DNA from: Chiloscyllium plagiosum | Taxonomy: Eukaryota | Length of the DNA: 64,000 bases | Direction: 5' to 3' | Assembly: GCF_004010195.1 (NCBI RefSeq) | Contig: NC_057719.1 | Coordinates: 39,968,872 to 40,032,871, forward strand | Part shown: in pieces, positions 37,601-64,000 of the stretch | Position numbering within the stretch: position 1 is the first letter of the stretch | How the letters are laid out: each line of letters opens with the position of its first letter | Made by a program: the position numbers and the translations under genes | Notes under the pieces: model-generated | What the model saw: only the letters and a program-made list of their open reading frames with translations | Database searches by the model: none | Told to the model about the DNA's origin: nothing

Positions 37601-39803
37601 AAACAAAACCATATTGTATATTCATATTTCCATGTTAATAATTATACAAAATTAGATAGATCTGAAACTAACACAGAAGAAAGTGAGGACTGCAGATGCT
37701 GGAGAGTCAGAGTCAAAAAGTGTGGTGCTGGAAAAGCACACCAGGTCAGGCAGCATTCGAGGAGCATCCCACCTCATCCCAGATCCAATCCTCTAACTCA
37801 GCAATGCCCTCTTCACCTGTCCTTCCTCCTTCCCACATATCCACTCCACCCTACCCACCGACCTATTACAATTAGGGGCAGCATGGTGGCACAGTGGTTA
37901 GCACTGCTGCCTCACAGCACCAGGGACCCAACTTCGATTCCAACCTTGGCGACTGTCTGCGTGGAGTTTGCACATTCTCCCCACGTCTGTGTGGGTCTCC
38001 TCTTGGTGCTCTGATTTCCACCCACAATCCAAAGATGTGCATGTTAGGTGAACTGGCTATGCTAAGTTGCCTATAATGTTAAGGGATGTGTAGGCTAAGT
38101 GCATTAGTCAGGGATAAATATTGAGTAACAGGGTAGGAGAACGGATCTGGGTGGGTTATTCTTCAAAGGGTCGGTGTGTACTTGTGAGCCATAGGGCCTG
38201 TTTCCACACTATAAGGATTCTAAGTTACTTTCTAAAAAAAAATTATCACTATACCTTCCCTCTTGGTCCCATCCCCACTATTTATGTCTCAGCCCCCTTA
38301 TCCCTCTACATTTCTAAAGGGCATGCCCAAAACATTAATTCTCCTGCTCCTCAATGCTGCCTGACCTGCTATGCTTTTCCAGAGCCACACTTTTACTCAA
38401 ACTAACACAATTAATTTCTCCCATATTCTACAGGTCTAGCAGCATCTGTGGAGAGAAATAACGTTTCAAGTTTGATATTAGTCTTCTGAAGAAAAGTCAA
38501 TTGAAGGACAGTGTTCATGGTCTGAAGTTGTTGATCAAAGTGTTGAATTCTGAATTTTGTAGAGTGCCCACATGAAAAATGAGGAGCTGTTCCTCCAGCT
38601 TGTGTGAGGCTTGCACTGCATTAGGCCTAGGACAGAAATGTTAGCATGAGAGCAAGGTTGTCTTGTAATAGGAAGTAACCATAAGTTTGGGGTGAAAATT
38701 GAAAAGCTGAGCTGTGTTGCACAAAGAAGTCACTCAGTCAGCTTCTAGTCTTGCTTCTCTCAAGGAGACCACAAATAAATGCAAAGTACTGCAGAAGCTG
38801 GAAATCTGAAATAAAAAAACAGGAATTGATGGAGAAGCTCAGCAGGTCTAGCAGTCTTCATGGACATAGAAAAACACAATGAAAGTTGAGCTCAAATCAC
38901 TTCAGAATTGAAGGAGACTACATTGTGAGCAGTGAATATAACAGACTAGGCTGAAAGAACAGTGAATCGCTGCCTCAACTGAAAGGTATTTGGGACGTTG
39001 GATGTAAATGCAATTAGGAAGGTATTAGATGTCACCACTCCCATGTTTTTGCAGCACTTTATTTTTATTCAGTGTTTCAGTTCTTTGCTTTTAATTTCCA
39101 TTTAAATATTACTCCATATTGGGTTAACATTACCAGCATGACATCTTTTACCTTCATTCACTGATTCTAGTTGCAATTGTACTGGACCTTAGTGATCCAA
39201 CATGTAGGGCTTTGTGTGCAGTTTTACCTGAAAAAGGGTTTATCTGGCTATGGAGCCAGTGCAACAAAGTGATTCCTGACTAATTCGTGATGTATGTAAA
39301 GAGACTAGATCAGTTGGACTACTGGAGTTTAGAAGAATAAGGTGATCTCATAGAATCCTATAAAATTCTAAAAGTACTGGACAGGGTAACCACAAGAAAG
39401 ATGTCCCTGATGACTGGAAAGTCCAGGACCAATGTGTCAAAGTTTAAGGACATAGGATAGAAGGTACCGTATTACAGCAGAATTTTCTTCACCCAGATTA
39501 GTGAACCTGTGGAATTTTCTGCGACAGAAAGTGGTCTAGAGCAAAACATTGCTTTTTTTAAAAAAGATGTAGTTCTCAAGGTTAAAGCAATGAAAGGGCT
39601 ATAGGGACAACATGGGAACGGGGTATTGAATTGGATGATCAGTCATAATCATATTGAATGCTAAAGCAGACTCTAAGGGCCGAAGGACCTATTTTCTATA
39701 TTTCCGTGAGGCTTCCTGACACGCAGTTTGAATTACTCACAAACACACCTCGCTTAACAGCAGCCACCACTTTAGGATTCAGATCTAAGTGACTCCAGTC
39801 CAT
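25401..39803 (-). CDS. XRCC3: XRCC3, RAD51-paralog DNA repair protein, complete spliced CDS join(39749-39803,37249-37386,35654-35866,33132-33286,32100-32312,31252-31298,25401-25650), 1071 nt, 356 aa
   Basis: The spliced translation is [22 protein letters not shown]...GESSAGKT (Walker A)...[16 protein letters not shown]...RLVVIDS (Walker B)...[11 protein letters not shown]...FAPHLP. It is colinear with human XRCC3 as recalled. Exon sizes 55/138/213/155/213/47/250 join with compatible phases and no stop. Confidence 0.97.
26520..27390 (+). mobile_element. CR1-clade LINE 3' fragment
   Basis: [13 protein letters not shown]...QWQMEFN (ORF 26477..26677), followed by the 3' end. Confidence 0.85.
28500..29670 (+). 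mobile_element. Degenerate CR1/L2-group LINE 3' portion
   Basis: GVPQGNVLGT and MFTDE RT-like motifs. The 3' tail resembles 290-630 and 22400-22600. Confidence 0.65.
30270..30945 (-). mobile_element. CR1 RT fragment with a nested SINE
   Basis: [10 protein letters not shown]...[12 protein letters not shown] on the minus strand. Confidence 0.8.
30455..30771 (+). mobile_element. HE1-like SINE, well preserved
   Basis: GGGCGGCACGGTGGCACAGTGGTTAG...GGTTCAATTCC head with CpGs retained. Confidence 0.9.
31252..31298 (-). CDS. XRCC3: XRCC3 coding exon 6 ([16 protein letters not shown]), GC donor
   Basis: TCTCTTACAG acceptor. A 47-nt exon ending in phase 2 at GG|GCAAGT is the only local donor that fits the phase of exon 7. 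Confidence 0.82.
32100..32312 (-). CDS. XRCC3: XRCC3 coding exon 5 (Walker B RLVVIDS...SPVICINQ)
   Basis: CAG acceptor, 213 nt open frame, donor CAG|GTATGA. Confidence 0.96.
33132..33286 (-). CDS. XRCC3: XRCC3 coding exon 4 (GAVYICTED...FIEHVADV)
   Basis: Within ORF 33054..33353; CAG acceptor, 155 nt, donor GTAAGT. Confidence 0.97.
33588..33810 (-). mobile_element. Partial HE1-like SINE
   Basis: 3' half of the same family. Confidence 0.7.
35654..35866 (-). CDS. XRCC3: XRCC3 coding exon 3 (Walker A GESSAGKT)
   Basis: Within ORF 35499..35888; CAG acceptor, 213 nt, donor G|GTAC. Confidence 0.97.
37249..37386 (-). CDS. XRCC3: XRCC3 coding exon 2 ([28 protein letters not shown]...PVVT)
   Basis: Pyrimidine tract + TAG acceptor, 138 nt, donor G|GTGTGT. 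Not in the supplied ORF track. Confidence 0.95.
37680..38400. mobile_element. Penelope-type remnant with a nested SINE
   Basis: Inverted arms at 37680-37765 and 38310-38400. Confidence 0.6.
37875..38222 (+). mobile_element. HE1-like SINE
   Basis: Same family. Confidence 0.85.
39200..39690 (+). mobile_element. CR1 3' fragment in XRCC3 intron 1
   Basis: RRIR/GDLIE-like remnant and CR1 3' UTR. Confidence 0.6.
39749..39803 (-). CDS. XRCC3: XRCC3 coding exon 1 ([18 protein letters not shown])
   Basis: ATG at 39803, 55 nt, phase-1 donor G|GTGTGT. Confidence 0.92.
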
Positions 39804-58156
<18,353 letters not shown>

Positions 58157-59400
58157 CCATTTTGAAGTTTCTGGAAAGATTGAATGTCACACTGAAGACG
58201 AGTGGCAAGAAACAACATTTTAGCCAGTTTTTTGTTTGCTCACTGCATTGATGTACAGTGAGCTTTTCTTATTACTTTTTTGTATTAAAGTAATTTTCTG
58301 AAAACACTTAGAATGCAACAAATGATAGATATTTTTTTGGTGCATTGAAGTATTCTCGAAGTATAGTGCAATATGTAGAATTTACAATGTCTTAAATGTA
58401 ACTTTCACAGTTAAATTGAACTTTGCTAAGTATTTTTGTTAAATCTTCGTATTTTTATCACTAACTGAAAGCTGCGGTGTAAACTGCTAAAATAAAACAC
58501 CATTTTTGTTACAGAATGCAGTTCTGATGTAGATTACTTTATTTTATTACATTATCAATAAGTATATAAATTTATAAAATTTGATTAAGTAGAAAATAAC
58601 TACAATTTGCATTTAGCTTCAGAAAAGCTTACACTGCAGCTCTGTACTCTGCAGGTGATTTGTCTTTCGTGATTAAGGGAAAGAAAATGTTTACATTTTG
58701 ATTTTGTTTGGCAGGAAATGCTAAAATCAATAAAAATTACTTTGTTCCAGTTCAGAAATGCAGTGTTGCTTATCTTTTCCCTCAAAAAATGAAATTTTCA
58801 TTGGTATACCAAAGGAAGTAACTTTGTATATAGTTAATACGTTACATAACTGTCCTTGTGCTCATGCTGCAATTATGTTACTAAGTAGGGAACAATTTCA
58901 TAGTTTTATTTGATAATCAGTGATTATATTTGGATGCAGTATGAAAACATCCATAATACCTATCCACAATGTGTTTTAATCAAACCAAGTTACTGCAGCT
59001 TGATTTTAAAAATAAAAACTGTTCATGCAGAAATAGCCTAGACCCTTGATTCAGTGAATCACCAATAAATGCAAAGGAAGCGATGTTAGATAACTCAATG
59101 ACAAATTTGGAAAACTGAGACTGATGCACAAACCAATCTTAGTGACTTTTCTGTTAGCATGTAATAATTCCAAAAATATTTACAATGCAGTTTGATTTGA
59201 GAAAGGGAGCATTCCAAGCTATGCAGGTTAGTTTTCTGGACCAAATGGCTGTAAAACTTCTGGTTGTGTAGAGAATTGATCTTAATTGAACGTCTGCACT
59301 GTCAGTTCCTGTATTTGTGGATATCTTGGATCAATGTAACTATTTGAACAGCTTCTGTATAAAATTTATTCATACTCAATAAAACTTAAACAATAGCCTC
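58157..59400 (+). other. ZFYVE21: Probable ZFYVE21 3' UTR
   Basis: AT-rich, with AATAAA at 58491, 58557 and further downstream; the end is uncertain. Confidence 0.5.
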
Positions 59401-61744
59401 TGCAGGTGCTTGTGATGTTTTAGTTTTTTTTTAAAATGTATCAGCATCAACTATATGTGGAACCCTTAAAGCTTGTTAGCAACAGGATAGATTGATGTTT
59501 TTTGTTAGTATTGTTCTTGTCCCTTTCAAAAAAAAAAATTGTAATTTCTCACCATGTTGGAAAGTCAAAATCTGTATGATTTGGAGAGATACCAAAAGAT
59601 AGCTGAATCAGTGAAGTTACAAATGCTTTCACCGTCCCCCCCCCAACCACCACCCTGGGTCAAGAGATTTTTATTTACTCCTTTTCATCTTTTACTCTAG
59701 TCCCTGGACAAAGGAAAACATCAAAACATTTCAGGTAGGCTGAAAAAGCATTACCCATACTCAGGGTTTTGCTGCAGGTGCCATAAACCAATCTCTATTT
59801 TGTTTAATAAAGTATTCAAAGTGCAAAAGAAGTACTTTGCAACTCCATCCACACACATTAAGGAAGAGATAGGTAGGATTTGGAAAATTCAGTGGGGTCA
59901 CTAAGTTCCTGGGGGTTTCCTTGGGGAGCTGAGCACAATATTTACCATTCTCACAGAAAAGTATGGACTTTGTTGTTAAGTTGCTGACTGAGCACCCACT
60001 TCACTACTGCATTTTGGAGCTCACTGGCACCTAACAATAGTGCTCCTGTCAGTTTACAGCTCAGGAACACACATTAGGAAAGCTTGCAGCTTGTGCAGCT
60101 GCATCAGACTAATGTCCCCATTTACTTTGTTCTTTCTTCAAAACATTTTACATCTAGCTTGCCAATTAGTGCAATCAGAAAGGTGGGCTGCTTGTTAGCA
60201 CTTAACCATTGAAGTTGGTATATGACTGCAGCCCAATGCCAAGCAGCAATTGTAAGCATGTGAAATCTAATTTCACTTCTTGGGCTAGAATAATTAATGA
60301 ATTGTTTTAAAAAAGAGAAAGCAAACTGTCTGTAAAATAAGATACTCATTCTGTAATCTGAATGATGAAAACCAGCAACAAAATGGAAAGAGGCAAAGAA
60401 CAGCATGGCCCATTGTATCTGATCCAATAAACATTAAAAGTTAATACACTATCCACCATTTCCTCATAGAAACAATAGAATTGGAAATGTTCAAGAAAAA
60501 TGCTTGAATTCCCTGAGATGTCTTGAGTGGAATATCCAAGTGTGAGCCAGAGGACTGCATCGGACCTGAAATGATGAAAGATGCCCCCGATAATTGTGAA
60601 TCCCTTTTCTCTCAAGGATTTAATGTAATTTGTCTCAGCAGTCTATAGCAGAAGGCAATGATTTTTCAAAAATTAGTATGTTCAGGTGCTTAACTTTGTC
60701 CACAGATGATAAACTCAAGGCTCTTAGGGACACTACCACTGTGCCACATGTCAGAGTTAGGAAGCCTGGATTAAAGTCCCACATTCTAGAGATATGTAAT
60801 AACATCTCTGAATAGGATGATTCAGATTTATCCATCTGCGATCCCACATAAAGTTGTCTGTATAATTAGTCTATACTCAATCCACTAAAATTTCAATATT
60901 CTCAATCACACATGCTTCAAACCAAATAATTAAAGCATTGTGCGATCATAGAGTAAACAGCTGAAAGCGGTTGGGCTGAGACCATTCCCTGAGAAAATGT
61001 GAGCAAGTATCCTCAATCATTCTTCAGTTGTGTCTTGGAGTTCAGGAAAAACACTGTTCCATGTCTTAAAAGAACTTGGAAGGGAATGTTTTTTATTTAT
61101 TTTTCCCTACTCAAAAACTCTAGGCCAAAGAGCTCTGAATAGCAAGATGTTGCCAAGTTCTAAAAAAATCATTCCTAGGATCAGAGTCGTGGGCAAGACC
61201 AGCGTTTTTTTTAAACCTCCAATTGCACCTTCAACCACTACAGGGATATGTAATGTGAATGTACACATACTACATGTTTCTATAGTAATTAGGCTATTTC
61301 AAAAGGCCAGTTAAGAGTCGACCCTTTAATAAATAAGTTTTATTAATTATGAGGGTATCAATATGGTTAAGTGATCTGTGCTGATGGCTACTCAACAATG
61401 CAAGATAAACTACATTGGCCCAGAGCTGTTGCGATGAAAGAAAAGCATGATACTTGACTAAAAACATGAAGGGCGGTTATCCTTGGAAGAACTGGAATTT
61501 TTCCACAGATCATCAGTTTGTTATTTTGCCTGCTAGTTTACCATTACATGTAAAATAATTCACAGACATTTACTGACAGTTAATTTGATTTTGAGAGAGA
61601 ATAAGGAACAAAGGAAAGAATACATACTTCACCACACCTCCCAGGCTTCCAATGAAACACTGGTTTCTGGCCAGTCATTATAAATTGAAATAGTCTTAGA
61701 ATTCTGATCATTGATTAGATAGAATTAATGTAATTTGCAAAATG

Positions 61745-62593
61745 CCTTTGTTCATGCCATTGTATTTTATTGTTTACGTTTACATAACACTTTTGTTAAG
61801 CAGTGTAGTACTATCAGCTATGAAAAAGTTACAGTTCAGTCACTTAGTCATACATAATATAGCCCACTGTTATCTTATACATCACAATATTTACATTCAA
61901 TACTACCCTGTGCTCAGTTAACAGAACTGCTTGTTAGGAAAAGGTTAGATATGAAACATGGTAAACAAGCCAAAGATTGTTTTGTTACATGTATAAACTT
62001 ATCATTTGTTAGAATGTTCACCTAGAATTATTTCAAAAAGAAAAATGTAATTGGAAAAAAATAAATGAAGGATTCTTCAATATAGAAATATACTTGAATA
62101 CTTATTTTAATGAAGTGCTGTAGTGTTTTGCACCAAAGTGTGGTGAAAGTTATTGCATCATTTCCATAAAATACACAGATTAATAGATGACAATATCCTC
62201 TGCTCATTCGCACGTCCACTGCTCCATTAATCACATACACTTCACTTCAAGCAACTCAGACAGTGCACCTTGTCTTACTAAAATCCTTGGTCATCCCACA
62301 CTTGCAGCATTACTATGTTACTTAAATTTTTCATGTCCAAGCATAATTTTTTATAATCCTTTAACAGCTTTAATTATCACAATACCAAATCAAACTCTGC
62401 TAGACCATCCACATTACCTTTCAATAAATCATTATAACTTCCTCCTTGAAACCAACAAAAATTGCATTAAAACATTTCCCGTATCACCACTGCCAGCCAA
62501 GCATGCCACATACTAACAATACTGAGGTCAAGTGGTTTTCAAATAACACCACTTCCTCTGTTTTGTGTGTGTTTAAGTGTGTGCATGAGTGAC

Positions 62594-62624
<31 letters not shown>

Positions 62625-62899
62625 CAGAGAAATGTGCAGGCCTGTTTGTGCACATTGTAGTGAGACTGTTCAGGTCTAAATGTGCGTGCATATGTGCACG
62701 TTTGAATGCACAATAAGGTTGTGCTGGAGTACACACGTGTGTTCTTTAGATGTAGCAATGTGACTTTGTTCAGAGAAAAAGCACCATGAACTACTGCATA
62801 TCCAAATTACAGCACGTAAATATCTACTTCCTCTTCTGGGTGGGGAGCACTTCCATTGTGTCTGTTCCAGATTCTGATTATAAGAGCTCGCCAATATTC
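61745..62899 (-). other. PPP1R13B: Probable PPP1R13B 3' UTR
   Basis: Follows the stop; minus-strand AATAAA at 61766-61771, with another at 61339-61344. Confidence 0.55.
62563..62630. repeat. Compound (GT)n(GA)n microsatellite in the PPP1R13B 3' UTR
   Basis: Direct reading. Confidence 0.9.
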
Positions 62900-62941
62900 C
62901 TAAGCCAGAGATCGCTGCCGAGGCTTTATTCTAGGGTACAA
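62900..62941 (-). CDS. PPP1R13B: ASPP1 (PPP1R13B) last coding exon (LYPRIKPRQRSLA*); the gene continues right of the window
   Basis: TTGTTACAG acceptor, then the ASPP-family C-terminus and TAG. Assigned to PPP1R13B rather than TP53BP2 by synteny with ZFYVE21. Confidence 0.9.
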   Translation of the reverse strand: MYPRIKPRQRSLA

Positions 62942-64000
62942 CTGTAACAAAATAAAAATAAGAGATGTTAGAAGGTAATAATATTACACTTTCCATATAA
63001 TTGTATTCTCTTCTTCAGCTGCAGGTTAAGACAATCTGAGCTATGAATGTTGCTATAATCAATATTAATACTGCTCTGGATCTGGCAATGTAGGATAATG
63101 ACAGGAGATGACAACAAAAGAGATTGACTCAAAGCAAAAAAGATATTAGGTGACTAAAAGCTTGGTCAAAGAGACAACTTAAGAAGACCTTAGAAAAGAA
63201 GAGAGGTAGAAATATAGGTTTAGAAAGAAATTTCTTAATTTAGGACCCATACAGCAAAGAAATACAGACAGATAAAAGTGAATGAAGCACAAATCCAAAG
63301 CTGAAGGACCACAGCATCCTTGGAGAGTTTTGATTCTGGAAAGAGATAGGGAAATGTGAGACTATACAGAGGTTTGAACTTAAGATTGGAAACTTTAAAG
63401 TTGTTTCCTCCATTTTGAGCAATTTTAAAAAAAAATACCCTCACCTAAATCCATCTTGTGACCATTACTGTCAAAAACAAGGCCAAATGTATTCAAACAT
63501 ATTAATCAACCTCCTCCATTTCAAATCAGAATTCTGATAAGAGAAGGATAAATTTACAGCACAGCAGAAACCTCACAGTCTATCACCTTTGTGCCTTAAA
63601 TACATATCTCAGTGCTTTTTAAATGCTTTTATTTAATTTAGGATTGATACTGCAATAGCCTATGTAGTCTTGCCCTCAACAAGAAGACGAAGTATGTGAA
63701 GTCACTAAACTATTGATATAAATGATCTGAGAAAAAGTAGGTGGAACTTCTTATATAGTTATAGCCACTAAATCTTCTTAGATACTCAGATGTTCTTCTC
63801 AGTAATAAGTTGTCATTACCTAACCCCAATAGTATTTGTCCAAAGTGCTATCAATAACCTGAATTTTATCGGATCCATATTCATCATTTGAAGAATGGCA
63901 AAGAGTATAAGTACAGCAAGTCCCAGTTTTCCTCATTTCATCCTACAACTATAATCTCCTATCAGCTTTACACAGCATACATAGTAATAATCGTATCATG

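Noticed and set aside
39735..39740. Stronger donor GTGAGT 8 nt past the XRCC3 exon 1 donor
   Set aside because: It would shift the frame relative to exon 2.

Overview
Vertebrate nuclear DNA. The repeat families (HE1-like V-SINEs, CR1 LINEs, Penelope-type palindromes) point to a cartilaginous fish. The window holds the conserved gene block KLC1(+, last coding exon only), XRCC3(-, complete, 7 coding exons, 356 aa), ZFYVE21(+, complete, 230 aa, or 248 aa with a cassette exon) and PPP1R13B/ASPP1(-, last coding exon only). XRCC3 and ZFYVE21 share a ~0.9-kb bidirectional promoter built largely from a 30-bp CCAAT/GT-box tandem repeat. The most unusual structure is at 635-5102: a solo-LTR-like element split at its TATA-like box by a head-to-tail stack of Tx1-clade LINE 3' ends. 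The units are separated by a recurring target motif plus poly(T), with pieces of other LTR variants in between, suggesting a LINE that targets an LTR and carries 3' transductions. Other notable items are palindromic Penelope-type inserts with minimal hammerhead-ribozyme cores, a MULE-like MITE with a 9-bp TSD, a GC-AG intron and Met241 in XRCC3, and a ~260-bp inverted duplication in ZFYVE21 intron 1. All calls were made by eye. Homologies rest on recalled human or family sequences, and no searches were run.
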